From assembly GCA_963825995.1 (NCBI GenBank), contig CAWGVH010000001.1, forward strand, positions 2,903 to 66,902: 64,000 nt of DNA, read 5' to 3'. Positions 8,527-17,288 of the stretch are shown here, in pieces. Position numbers and translations under genes: made by a program. Origin of the DNA: an uncultured Chloroflexia bacterium (GTDB lineage Bacteria; Chloroflexota; Limnocylindria; Limnocylindrales; CSP1-4). Under the pieces are notes generated by a model. The model was given only the letters and a program-made list of their open reading frames with translations. It did no database searches and had not been told where the DNA came from. Numbering within the stretch: position 1 is the stretch's first letter; each line of letters begins with the position of its first letter.

Positions 8527-9584
8527 CGTTCGGTCGCCTCGGCCTGCTCGCTCCGGGCACCACGCAGGACGATGCCGGTGAAGGGCACGCGGATCTCGCC
8601 GAAGGTCTCCGTCGAGACCAGGAAGCCAGCCAGCAGCAAGAGCGCCCCAAGGAGCTTGCCCAGCTGGTACCACTCGGTCGAGCCGAACCGATTGAGGCTG
8701 TCGGTCAGGGCGGGGATGAAGGCGCCCAAGGCGATGAGCAGGGTGGCCGGCACGCGGCTGTTGATCTTGCCGGTCACCAGGGCCCGCACCGCGCCGGGCA
8801 GCGAGGCCGCGAAGTTCACGGTGATGGCGATCGGGGCGATGAGGAGATTGAAGAGAAACTGGTCGCCCGGCTGTCCCGGGTCCAGCGAATAGGCCAATAC
8901 GCGGCGCTTGGGCATGAAGACATAGGCTGAGAAGAGCGCTCCGAGGATGAGCGCGAAGGCGCCGCTTACGTTGAGGAACGGAGTCAGCAGGCGCAACTGG
9001 GGCGGCAAGATGGCAGCCGTGGGCACGCCCGTCACCGGGTCCAGTGAGTAGCCCGGCGCAGGCAGCGTGGCCATGGCCATGAGGACGATGGACAGCAGCG
9101 TCGCTCCGCCGACGGCTGCCAGGGCCATCCAGGGCCAGCGCCAATTCTGGAAGTAGGTCTCCACGGCCACGGCCAGCGCCAGCACCCCAGCGACGAGGAA
9201 GTAGAGCATGGCCACGGTGCTCGCATCGGCGTAGATCTCGGGGTTGCGGCGCGCGGTCAGGAAGGTGAAGAGGCCGGCCAGGAAGAGGCACAGCGCGAAG
9301 CCGAAGCCGAACCGGGTACGACCCAGCAGGAAGGCCGTGCCCAAGCCCAGCCAGCCGGCCGTCCAGACCGCGCCGGTCAGGTACCAGAGCTGGTAGAGGG
9401 GCTCGCTCCAGCCGGCGGCCGCAGCCATGGCCTCACAGCCCACCGCGAGCGCATAGAAGGCCATGCCCAGCGCCCAGATGAGCTGGTAGCCACGACGTCG
9501 CTCGCGCCACTGGTCTACGAGGAGCAGGGCGAAGACGCCCGCCAGCACGGCGGTCACCGCCGGGATGACGACGTTGGCATCCAT
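8523..9584 (-). CDS. polytopic integral membrane protein, unknown family
   Basis: 353-aa ORF with good coding bias and about 10 hydrophobic segments. It forms an operon-like arrangement with the EamA gene. Confidence 0.6.
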   Translation of the reverse strand: MDANVVIPAVTAVLAGVFALLLVDQWRERRRGYQLIWALGMAFYALAVGCEAMAAAAGWSEPLYQLWYLTGAVWTAGWLGLGTAFLLGRTRFGFGFALCLFLAGLFTFLTARRNPEIYADASTVAMLYFLVAGVLALAVAVETYFQNWRWPWMALAAVGGATLLSIVLMAMATLPAPGYSLDPVTGVPTAAILPPQLRLLTPFLNVSGAFALILGALFSAYVFMPKRRVLAYSLDPGQPGDQFLFNLLIAPIAITVNFAASLPGAVRALVTGKINSRVPATLLIALGAFIPALTDSLNRFGSTEWYQLGKLLGALLLLAGFLVSTETFGEIRVPFTGIVLRGARSEQAEATER

Positions 9585-9603
9585 GTCGAGGGGTGGCGGC
9601 CGG

Positions 9604-9981
9604 TCAGGCCGGCTCGAACGCGTGATCCTCGCGATGGTTGCCGTCGCAGAGGCCCCAGGCCGGAGGATCGACGGGCAGCGCCACCGGCCGCATCAGCTCG
9701 CGCACGTCGGAGAGCCGGCACAGGTAGTGACCACGGCGCCCCGCCCAGGCGCGGAAATGAGCAGCATCGGCATGGAACTGGTGGGGGCCAGGGTTCAACG
9801 GCGCTTGTTCAGCCCAGCTCGGTGCCACCTCACGCGACACGTTGTCCAGGATCGTGACGCGAAAGGGCGTGCCCAAGATGGGCTCGCCGCAGCCGGCGCA
9901 GCGCTTGGCGTCGTTCTCCGAGAAGACGGTCGGGATCCGGATGCCCATGATCCGGCCGCCGCGGAAGCGGGTGGCGGTCAC
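9604..9981 (-). CDS. hypothetical protein with a CxxC motif
   Basis: 125-aa ORF with a GTG start at 9981 (alternative ATG 9948). It contains KRCAGCGEPILG. I recognise no family. Confidence 0.4.
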   Translation of the reverse strand: MTATRFRGGRIMGIRIPTVFSENDAKRCAGCGEPILGTPFRVTILDNVSREVAPSWAEQAPLNPGPHQFHADAAHFRAWAGRRGHYLCRLSDVRELMRPVALPVDPPAWGLCDGNHREDHAFEPA

Positions 9982-10206
9982 GGGCCGATCGTAGCAGAGG
10001 GGTACGTCGATCGGTGCCCGGGGAGAAGGGTAGAAGCGTGGACGCCCTCGTCGACGAGCTCGTGGATGGCTGCTTCCGTGTCATCGATCTCACCAGTGAT
10101 CAGGTCGACGAGCAGTGTGTCCGGCGGCCCCGCACGGACGCCGCACGTCATCGCGACTCATTGTCTATATTGTCGCCTACACATATAGGAAATATGGGGT
10201 AGTCGC

Positions 10207-11244
10207 TTGGATCTCGGGTACATCGTGCTCCTCCTGCTCATCGGGTTTGTTGCCCAGTTGGTCGACGGCTCGCTGGGCATGGGTTACGGCGTCACCTCGG
10301 CCACGCTGCTGGCGACCATCGGGTTCGCCCCGGCGGTGGCCTCCGCCACGATCCACGTGGCCAAGATCGGCACGGGCATCATGTCTGGGACCGCGCACTG
10401 GCGCTTCGGGAACGTCAACTGGCGAGCCGTCTTCATGCTTGCTATCCCCGGCACGGTCGGGGCGTTCGCGGGAGCCCTGGCCATCAGCTACATCGCTGCA
10501 GACGTCGCCGCGCCGTGGGTCAGCGTCATCCTGGCCGTCCTCGGCATGGTCGTGCTGCTGCGGACCGTGTTCAACCGCAAGGCGGCCATCCACTTCCATG
10601 AGCCGCGCACCCGGGTGCTCGGCCCACTTGGCCTCGTCGGAGGCTTCATCGATTCGGTCGGCGGCGGCGGCTGGGGCCCGGTCACGACCTCCACCCTGAT
10701 GGCTGCCAACCGCATGAGCCCCAACCAGGTCATCGGCACGGTCAGCATGTCCGAGTTCATCGTGGCCATCGGAGCCAGCGCGGGCTTCCTCGTGGCCCTT
10801 GGCAGCGAGTCCATCGAGTGGGGGGCCACCGCGCTGCTCCTTCTTGGCGGCCTCTTCGCGGCACCCATCGCCGCCTGGCTGGTGAGCCGCCTTGACCACC
10901 GGGTGCTGGGCGGCCTCGTGGGCGGCATGATCCTCGTCTACAACGCCGAGAACGTCCTTCGGCTGTTGGGCGTCGTGGGCCCCGCGGTCCTGGTCGCCCA
11001 GGTCGCCATCGTGGGCATCTCGCTGGCCATCTGCGCCTGGGTCGTGCGTGGCCGCCGCCAGGAGCGCGATGACACGCAGGGAGCCGCGCAGCTCACCGGG
11101 GTACCTGAGCCTCAACTCGAACAGGCACCGCTTGAACTCGAGGGGACTTCGTTGCCGAACCCAGCCGACAGAGACCCTACATCCGTGATCCCCGTGCTCA
11201 CGTCCGACGTCAGCGCCCTCGTCAGTCCGACGTCGCCGCGGTGA
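10207..11244 (+). CDS. TauE/SafE (DUF81) family anion exporter
   Basis: TTG start. MDLGYIVLLLLIGFVAQLVDGSLGMGYGVTSATLL.. and repeated G-rich TM helices are typical of DUF81. The C-terminal tail is low complexity. Confidence 0.8.
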   Translation: MDLGYIVLLLLIGFVAQLVDGSLGMGYGVTSATLLATIGFAPAVASATIHVAKIGTGIMSGTAHWRFGNVNWRAVFMLAIPGTVGAFAGALAISYIAADVAAPWVSVILAVLGMVVLLRTVFNRKAAIHFHEPRTRVLGPLGLVGGFIDSVGGGGWGPVTTSTLMAANRMSPNQVIGTVSMSEFIVAIGASAGFLVALGSESIEWGATALLLLGGLFAAPIAAWLVSRLDHRVLGGLVGGMILVYNAENVLRLLGVVGPAVLVAQVAIVGISLAICAWVVRGRRQERDDTQGAAQLTGVPEPQLEQAPLELEGTSLPNPADRDPTSVIPVLTSDVSALVSPTSPR

Positions 11245-12013
11245 AGCGTTCGGTGCGGATGCTGGTGGCAGGAGCTCCCATTCCCATCAACTGAACCTCG
11301 CAGTCAGCGATCATCGAGGGATTGCCGCAGAGATAGGCGACCATCCTGTCGCGCGTGAAGCCGTGGGCCGCGAGGAGGTCCCGCAGGTGATCTCCGACTC
11401 TCCCCGTCAGGCCGCGCCAGCCGCCCTCGTCCCGCGGTCGCGACAACACGGGCCGGTAGGTCAGCCACGTGCCGTCGAACCGGGAGAGCAGGGCGCGCCC
11501 TGCCAGCTCCTCCTCGATCCGCACTCCATGGAGGAGGACGGTCCGCGGCGGCCTGGAGCAGGCGCCGAGCTCGGCCGCCATCGAGAGGAGTGGCGCGATG
11601 CCGCTGCCGGTCGCGACCAGGAGATGGTCGCGGTCGTCGTCGGGCTCCAACCGAAACCGACCGGCTGGTGCGCCCACGAAGAGGCGAGACCCGAGCGGGA
11701 GCCCGAAGAGTCGCGGCGTGACGGCGCCCCCCTCGACGAGGGAGACCACGAGCTCGATGTCCCGTGCGCCTGACGGCGAGGCGATCGAATACGGACGCAG
11801 CGGCGTCAGGGGATGCATCGATCGGACCGGGACGTACTGGCCGGCGACGAAAGGCATGCTGCCCCGATCCGGGCGTACCGTCAACGTGGCAAGCGTCGGC
11901 GTCAGCGGGGCACGAGCCACGAGGCTCGCATTCGCGACGTGGGTCGCCCTCGGACGTGGTGCGATCGCGGTGAGGTCGGGCCTGCTGAACGCGGTGAGTG
12001 TTGGGGCGGTCAC
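11222..12013 (-). CDS. ferredoxin--NADP(+) reductase family oxidoreductase
   Basis: FAD-binding RPYSIAS and NAD(P)-binding LLVATGSGIAPL motifs, plus a YLCGNPSM tail. The start overlaps the ferredoxin stop by 4 nt. Confidence 0.8.
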   Translation of the reverse strand: MTAPTLTAFSRPDLTAIAPRPRATHVANASLVARAPLTPTLATLTVRPDRGSMPFVAGQYVPVRSMHPLTPLRPYSIASPSGARDIELVVSLVEGGAVTPRLFGLPLGSRLFVGAPAGRFRLEPDDDRDHLLVATGSGIAPLLSMAAELGACSRPPRTVLLHGVRIEEELAGRALLSRFDGTWLTYRPVLSRPRDEGGWRGLTGRVGDHLRDLLAAHGFTRDRMVAYLCGNPSMIADCEVQLMGMGAPATSIRTERFTAATSD

Positions 12014-12309
12014 GACGCCAACCGCCGAGGCACCAGGCCATCCACGACGGCCCGAGCAGCGCCAACGTCACGGTACCAGGCCATGTCCGCCCAGGCGAAG
12101 TCGACCCAGGCAGGAGGCAGACGGTCGGCACGGAAGATGGCCACGTTCGGACAGACGGTCTCGCAGATCCCGCAGTCGATACACTCGTCCGGGTCGATGT
12201 AGAGCTTGCGATCGACGCCGTCCTCCGAGTCGATGGCTCCCACGGGACAGGCCTCGACGCAGGCGCGGTCCATGTGATCCACGCAGGGTGCCGCGATGGC
12301 ATAGGCCAT
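12010..12309 (-). CDS. fdxA: ferredoxin (FdxA-like, 4Fe-4S/3Fe-4S)
   Basis: ORF trimmed to ATG 12309, which has a GGAGG RBS. MAYAIAAPCVDHMDRACVEACPVGAI...CIDCGICETVCP are the cluster-binding motifs. Confidence 0.85.
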   Translation of the reverse strand: MAYAIAAPCVDHMDRACVEACPVGAIDSEDGVDRKLYIDPDECIDCGICETVCPNVAIFRADRLPPAWVDFAWADMAWYRDVGAARAVVDGLVPRRLAS

Positions 12310-12520
12310 GATCCGTGTCCTCCGTGCAGCTGGCTGCAGCCCTTCGGCTGGCACACGCAGCATGGAGGACGAGGTCACCCAGGTCCTGTGATGACCGTGA
12401 TGGCGGGATGAGAAGAGACCAATGTTGTCGCTCGTTCGTCCCCCCGGCCGTTTCGTCGCGGAACGTCGCTCTTGGGAGCGACGGCGATGAAGCGGGTCCG
12501 ACGAGACAGTTGCGAGGTGC

Positions 12521-12597
12521 TGGTACCCCCAACCGGATTCGAACCGGTGATCTCCACCTTGAAAGGGTGGCGTCCTGGGCCTCTAGACGATGGGGGC
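12521..12597 (-). tRNA. tRNA-Glu (anticodon UUC), CCA encoded
   Basis: The reverse complement is GCCCCCATCGTCTAGAGGCCCAGGACGCCACCCTTTCAAGGTGGAGATCACCGGTTCGAATCCGGTTGGGGGTACCA. It folds as a cloverleaf: anticodon stem CCACC/GGTGG, loop CTTTCAA, T-arm ACCGG-TTCGAAT-CCGGT. The D-arm GTCTAGAGGCCCAGGAC is typical of tRNA-Glu. Confidence 0.85.
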
Positions 12598-12667
12598 CGG
12601 AGACTCCGGGAGTGTACCCGAGGCGGCCGCTGGGTCCGTCCGATGCGGGGCGCCCTCGGCGCTCTGC

Positions 12668-12967
12668 TCAGAGCCCCGTGACGATGGCGAAGATGGAGGC
12701 TGCTGCCAGCGACATGGCGGCACCGATGGCGCAGAGGCCGCCAGCGAGGCCACCGAGGAGCGCTCCGCCCGTGCGTCCCCGTCGCGCATCGGTCAAGGCG
12801 CGTCCCAGGAACCAGGCCGCCACGAACACCAGGCAGAGACCGAAGACGAGCAGCCCGATCACGGTGAAGGTGATGTTCTGGCCGGAGCGGTCCAGGACCA
12901 GGCCATAGAAGGCCAGGACCCCGGAGAGGACCAGCAGGACGATGACGGCGATGCGGGCGAGCGTCAC
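12668..12967 (-). CDS. small membrane protein (3 TM), unknown function
   Basis: 99-aa hydrophobic ORF whose start overlaps the stop of the GH13 gene by 4 nt. Confidence 0.5.
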   Translation of the reverse strand: MTLARIAVIVLLVLSGVLAFYGLVLDRSGQNITFTVIGLLVFGLCLVFVAAWFLGRALTDARRGRTGGALLGGLAGGLCAIGAAMSLAAASIFAIVTGL

Positions 12968-14547
12968 GCCGCGAGTATAGGTTCGGCCCGCTGGGAGGAA
13001 CGCCAGGCCGACTCCAGTCGGACGATCCCGCCGTGGCGGGCCGGTAGCTCGACACGGAGCCGGCGGTCGCCCACGAGCCGCGCGTGGCCACCCTGGCGTT
13101 CAGAGCGAAGCGGCACGAGGTCCGCGGAGGTGAAGCCGACCGGGACGTCGAGGTCCAAGGTGAGCGGTCCGTCAGCGGCGTTCAGGACGCACACGAAGGC
13201 ATCGTCCTCGTGCTGGCGCAGGTACGCCAACGCCAGGCCGTCAGCTCGGAGCAGCCCCAGTCCGCCATCCCGGAGCGCGCGGCTCGAATGGCGCAGGGCC
13301 ACCAGGTCGGCCAGCCAGTCGGCCGGCTCGCGGTCCCAGGCGGCCGGGTCGGAGGGGAAGGCACGACGGCAGTCAGGATCCATGAGCCCCTCCATGCCGA
13401 TCTCGTCGCCGTAGTAGACGCAGGGCGCTCCGGGCAGCGTCATCTGCAGGAGCATGGCCAGGCGAAGGGCGTCCATGTCGCCGCTGCAGAGCGTGCGATA
13501 GCGCGGCGTGTCGTGGCTGCCCAGGAGGTTGAGCTGTACGGCCAGGCGCTCCGGCCCGTAGGTGCGGGCCAGTCCATCGATGCGCCCCCAGAGCCCGGCG
13601 CCGTCGAGGGGGACGACCTTGCCCTGGTACTCCCAGGGCAGGTCGATGCCGGACGCCAGGCGGTGCTGGGCCGTGAACCCCAGGATCGCCTCGGTCAGCG
13701 GGTAGTCCATGAGCGCATCGAAGGTATCGCCGGTCAGCCACTGCGGCATGACGCTCCAGATCTCGGCCACCAGGTAGGCGTCCGGCTTGACGGTCCGCAC
13801 CCGCGCCCGGAACTCGCGCCAGAAGTCGATGCCGATCTCCTCGGCCACGTCGAGGCGCCAGCCGTCGATGCCGAAGTGAAGCCAGTGCTCAGCGACATCC
13901 AGGATGAGGGCCCGCAGATGGGGCTCGTCGAGGTCGAGCTTGGGCAGGGCCGCCAGATCCCACCAGGCTTCGTAGCCGAGGACCGCCCGCGAGGCGGCGC
14001 CACCGGGCGCGCCCCTCGCGCGCAGCGCGTCGATGGCGGCCTGTTCGTCCGCGGTCGGGAACGCGGTGAGCGGGCGCCGGCCTGCGAGGACGCTGGGGTC
14101 GAGGTGGAACCACTGGCGATAGGGCGAACGGGCACCGTTCTCCAGCACGTGATGGAACGGCCAGAAGCCGCGACCGCAGTGGTTGAAGACACCGTCGAGG
14201 ATGACGCGCATGCCGCGGGCGTGGGCCTCGTCGAGCAGCTCGCGCATGGCCTCGTCGCCACCCAGCAGGGGGTCCACGTGGAAGTAGTCGTCGGTGTGAT
14301 ATCGATGGTTGGAGGCTGAGGTGAAGACAGGGTTCAGGTACAGCGCAGTGATGCCGAGCCTGAGGAGGCGGTCGAGGTGGGCGACGACACCGTAGAGGTC
14401 GCCACCCTTGAAGCCGTGTCGCGTTGGTGGCACCTCCCAGGGCTCCAGGTCGCCTGGAGCCGGGACGCGACCACTGCGGGCCAGGCGGTCTGGGAAGACC
14501 TGGTAGAAGACGGCGTCACTGGCCCAGGCGGGGATGTCGTAGTGCAT
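12964..14547 (-). CDS. glycoside hydrolase family 13 (alpha-amylase superfamily; neopullulanase/alpha-glucosidase-like)
   Basis: GH13 conserved regions are present: VILDGVFNHCG, GWRLDVAEEI, YLVAEIW, LLGSHDTPR. ORF trimmed to ATG 14547 (MHYDIPAWASDAVFYQVFPDR), consistent with a divergent plus-strand gene starting at 14639. Confidence 0.88.
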   Translation of the reverse strand: MHYDIPAWASDAVFYQVFPDRLARSGRVPAPGDLEPWEVPPTRHGFKGGDLYGVVAHLDRLLRLGITALYLNPVFTSASNHRYHTDDYFHVDPLLGGDEAMRELLDEAHARGMRVILDGVFNHCGRGFWPFHHVLENGARSPYRQWFHLDPSVLAGRRPLTAFPTADEQAAIDALRARGAPGGAASRAVLGYEAWWDLAALPKLDLDEPHLRALILDVAEHWLHFGIDGWRLDVAEEIGIDFWREFRARVRTVKPDAYLVAEIWSVMPQWLTGDTFDALMDYPLTEAILGFTAQHRLASGIDLPWEYQGKVVPLDGAGLWGRIDGLARTYGPERLAVQLNLLGSHDTPRYRTLCSGDMDALRLAMLLQMTLPGAPCVYYGDEIGMEGLMDPDCRRAFPSDPAAWDREPADWLADLVALRHSSRALRDGGLGLLRADGLALAYLRQHEDDAFVCVLNAADGPLTLDLDVPVGFTSADLVPLRSERQGGHARLVGDRRLRVELPARHGGIVRLESAWRSSQRAEPILAA

Positions 14548-14638
14548 GCCCGACAGGGTATCCGCGGCGAGCGATGGAGACCGTGCCCGCCCGCCCAGCG
14601 ATCCCTGTCGGACAGCGGCCGTGGGACAATCGGACCCG

Positions 14639-15013
14639 ATGCTCCAGCTCATTCGCCAGATGCCGCCGGGGGTCCTGCTCTTCCTGGCCTACGCCTTCGT
14701 CGTCCTCTCGATCATCGGCCTGACCATGCCCGTCGTCATAGACCAGGCCGTGCAGACCCCCGTCACCTTCATCGGCCTCGTCTGGATGGGCCTGCTGGCC
14801 TACCTGATCTTCACCATGACCCTCGTGCTGCAGCGCAAGCAGGCCGCCTACGGGCTTTCGCTGGGTCTCACCACGCTGCTCCTGCCGCTGGCAGCCATCG
14901 TCCTGTTCGGTGCTGGTGGCTGGATCCTCTCCGCGTTCCTGCTCGTCACCTTCGGGGCGATCGTCTGGGCGCTGCGCCGGCCGCGAAGTCGCGAGTGGTT
15001 CTGCGAGCTATGA
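14639..15013 (+). CDS. small integral membrane protein (4 TM)
   Basis: ORF 14546..15013 trimmed to ATG 14639 (MLQLIRQMPPGVLLFLAYAFVVLSIIG..). Hydrophobic throughout. Confidence 0.55.
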   Translation: MLQLIRQMPPGVLLFLAYAFVVLSIIGLTMPVVIDQAVQTPVTFIGLVWMGLLAYLIFTMTLVLQRKQAAYGLSLGLTTLLLPLAAIVLFGAGGWILSAFLLVTFGAIVWALRRPRSREWFCEL

Positions 15014-15023
15014 CCGCCGCCGC

Positions 15024-15668
15024 ATGACCGGAGCGGGGTCACGCTGGGTCGTGCTTGACGTGGGCGAGACGCTCATCGATGAGTCGCGCATCTGGGCAGC
15101 CTGGGCGGACGTATTGGGCATCCCACGCACGACGTTCATGTCCGTCTTCGGCTCGCTGGTGGAACGCGGCTTGAACTACCCGCAGCTGGCCGACTACTTC
15201 CCGGTCGACTGGGGTGCCCACCGCGACGCCGTCGAGCGGTCCATCGGGGGATTCCGGCCTGAGGATCTGTATCCGGATGCCCTGCCGGCCCTGAGGTCAT
15301 TTCGTGAGCAGGGCTATCGAACGGCCATCATCGCCAACCAGCCTTCTCAGCGGCACCGCGAGCTGCGCGAGCTGGGGGTGGATGCGGAAGTCATGGCCAT
15401 GAGCGACGAGATGGGCGTCTCCAAACCTGATCCGGCCTTCTTCGTCGCGTCACTGGCTCTCCTCGGCGCTCCCGACCCAGGCAGCGTGGCCTATGTGGGC
15501 GACCGCATCGACAACGATGTGCTGCCCGCGGCGGCAGTCGGCATGCGCGCGGTCTGGTTGCGGCGCGGGCCGTGGGGAGTCATCCCGCGTGAGACGCCGA
15601 CGCAAGCCCACCTCGTGGTGGCGTCGCTCGCGGAGCTCGCGGAGCGCATCGACGAAGCCTGGGGCTAG
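15024..15668 (+). CDS. HAD-superfamily hydrolase
   Basis: ORF trimmed to ATG 15024. Motif I is VVLDVGETLID and the late motif is YVGDRIDNDV. Confidence 0.8.
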   Translation: MTGAGSRWVVLDVGETLIDESRIWAAWADVLGIPRTTFMSVFGSLVERGLNYPQLADYFPVDWGAHRDAVERSIGGFRPEDLYPDALPALRSFREQGYRTAIIANQPSQRHRELRELGVDAEVMAMSDEMGVSKPDPAFFVASLALLGAPDPGSVAYVGDRIDNDVLPAAAVGMRAVWLRRGPWGVIPRETPTQAHLVVASLAELAERIDEAWG

Positions 15669-15673
15669 GGTCC

Positions 15674-16672
15674 TCAGTCGCGCCGCCCGGTGAGGTCGGG
15701 CAATGGGTCGGAGATGCCGGCCAGCTTGACGACCTCATCCCAGAGCCAGCGCCGCTGGGCAGCGGACAAGCGCGTGGAGGGCAGCCGATCGAAGGGCCGC
15801 TCCCGCCGGTCGAGGAAGAGGCGCCCGCCGCCGAGACCGGCCTGGGGATGGCTGGCCAGCCAGGTGACCGTGTCGATACCCTGCGCCGGCGTGCGCAGGA
15901 GCGGGCCCACGAGACCGTAGAAGCGGGGCAGCGATTCGGCCAGGCCCGGCGTGTCCGCCCAACCCGGATGCATGGCATTGACGCGGACGCCACGACCGCG
16001 CAGCCGCCGTCCCCATTCGCGAACCAGGGCTGTGGCTGCCCGCTTCGCCCGCGCGTAGGCGAGGGTGCCGTTGTACTCGCCCCGTTCGAACTGCAGGTCG
16101 TCGAGCGGCAATGCCTGGCCATACATGCCACCTGAGACGACCGTGATGATGCGACCATCGCCGCTCGTCTCCAGCATCGGCAGCAAACCGGAGGTGAGCA
16201 CGAACGGTCCCACCACCATGGTGGCCAGTGTTGCCTCCAACCCTTCCTCAGTGACCGTGCGCGCGGCGTGGATGGCTCCGGCGTTATCGACGAGGATGTC
16301 CAGACGCCGCTCTGAGGCCTCGATCGCAGCCACGGCCTCGCGCACGCTGGCCAGGGAGGACATGTCGGCCACAACGACCGGGAAATGCCCCGCGCCACCA
16401 TACCGTTGCGCCAGCTCGGCAGCCGTGGCTGACAGGCGTTCGCGACTGCGACCGACGAGGACGACCCGGGCACCGAGCGACGCCAGCGACTCTGCGGTAG
16501 CGCGGCCCAACCCGGACGTCGGCCCGGTGACGAGGGCTGTGCGGCCGGCCAGTGCCGCGGGTTCCCCATCGAACCACCGGTAGAGGCGCCGACGAGCCTG
16601 GTAGCCGAGGCGGCTGAAGCTGCCCACGATCGTGATCTCGAGCGCGTCATCGACGAGGTAGCGCAGGTCCAT
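15674..16672 (-). CDS. short-chain dehydrogenase/reductase (SDR)
   Basis: ORF trimmed to ATG 16672. It has the TALVTGPTSGLG cofactor motif, NNAG-like DNAG, and YARAKRA (YxxxK). Confidence 0.85.
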   Translation of the reverse strand: MDLRYLVDDALEITIVGSFSRLGYQARRRLYRWFDGEPAALAGRTALVTGPTSGLGRATAESLASLGARVVLVGRSRERLSATAAELAQRYGGAGHFPVVVADMSSLASVREAVAAIEASERRLDILVDNAGAIHAARTVTEEGLEATLATMVVGPFVLTSGLLPMLETSGDGRIITVVSGGMYGQALPLDDLQFERGEYNGTLAYARAKRAATALVREWGRRLRGRGVRVNAMHPGWADTPGLAESLPRFYGLVGPLLRTPAQGIDTVTWLASHPQAGLGGGRLFLDRRERPFDRLPSTRLSAAQRRWLWDEVVKLAGISDPLPDLTGRRD

Positions 16673-16679
16673 GGGGAGG

Positions 16680-17180
16680 TCAGCCTTCGCCGGCGTCGGG
16701 ACCGGTGGCGCTGGCATCGGCCGCACTGACACCAGCACCGCTCGCGGCCAGCGCGTCCAGCTCTCGCTTCATGCCGGTCACGGCACCCTTGGCGATGCCG
16801 GCAAAGGCACGACCAAGAAGCGGCTGGATGGCCCCCAGCAGCCCGGAGAGCCTGATCTCGGCCACGTAATCGACGCGGGTACCCCCGGGTGCCTCGCTGA
16901 AGGTGATGCGGTCCTGGCTCCAGACACCGGAGCCCTCCCCGACCAGCACCACCTGGGTGGGTGCCTGATACTCGGTGATGCGGTACTCCATCGGCGTTGT
17001 CCGGGCACCCATCTTGACGTTGAGGGTGAAGCGGGCGCCGACACCCAGTTCGCCATCGTCGATGCGCCTCGATGAGGCGGTGTTGGGATCCCACTCTGCT
17101 TGGTGGGAGAAATCGGCCACATAGGCGAAGGCCGCCTCACGCGCCAGGGGGGTCGTCACGTGTTCGGTCAGCGTGGTCAT
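16680..17180 (-). CDS. SRPBCC (polyketide cyclase/dehydrase-like) family protein
   Basis: ORF trimmed to ATG 17180, which has a GGAGG RBS. The sequence is MTTLTEHVTTPLAREAAFAYVADFSHQAEWDPN... It is the first gene of a two-gene unit with the SDR. Confidence 0.75.
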   Translation of the reverse strand: MTTLTEHVTTPLAREAAFAYVADFSHQAEWDPNTASSRRIDDGELGVGARFTLNVKMGARTTPMEYRITEYQAPTQVVLVGEGSGVWSQDRITFSEAPGGTRVDYVAEIRLSGLLGAIQPLLGRAFAGIAKGAVTGMKRELDALAASGAGVSAADASATGPDAGEG

Positions 17181-17206
17181 GGTCTCAGCCTCCGATCGGG
17201 GTTGGG

Positions 17207-17246
17207 TAGACACTGTACAAACATTGTACTATCCTTCAACAGGAGG
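17207..17246. promoter_or_regulatory. candidate sigma70-type promoter (TAGACA-N17-TATCCT) overlapped by three 11-bp-phased repeats (TGTACAAACAT / TGTACTATCCT / TCAACAGGAGG); putative CarH/LitR operator
   Basis: Read directly from the sequence in the 108-bp divergent intergenic region 17181..17288. The same core CT(G/C)TACAAACATT(G/A)TAC recurs at 23742..23759. Confidence 0.45.
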
Positions 17247-17288
17247 CGTGACTGAGGCGCCCATCGCAGCGGGGGAAGGTCGAGCGTC

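Noticed and set aside
10155-10200. AT-richer island upstream of the TauE gene with ATTGTC repeated (CATTGTCTATATTGTCGCCTACACATATAGG), considered as a fourth CarH-type operator
   Set aside because: The repeat spacing is 9 bp, not 11. There is no TGTACA/ACA phasing and no TATCCT -10. It is more likely just the promoter region of the divergent genes.
12521-12597. tRNA-Glu as an integration hotspot or genomic-island border
   Set aside because: I noticed no integrase, no direct repeat of the tRNA 3' end and no compositional shift on either side.
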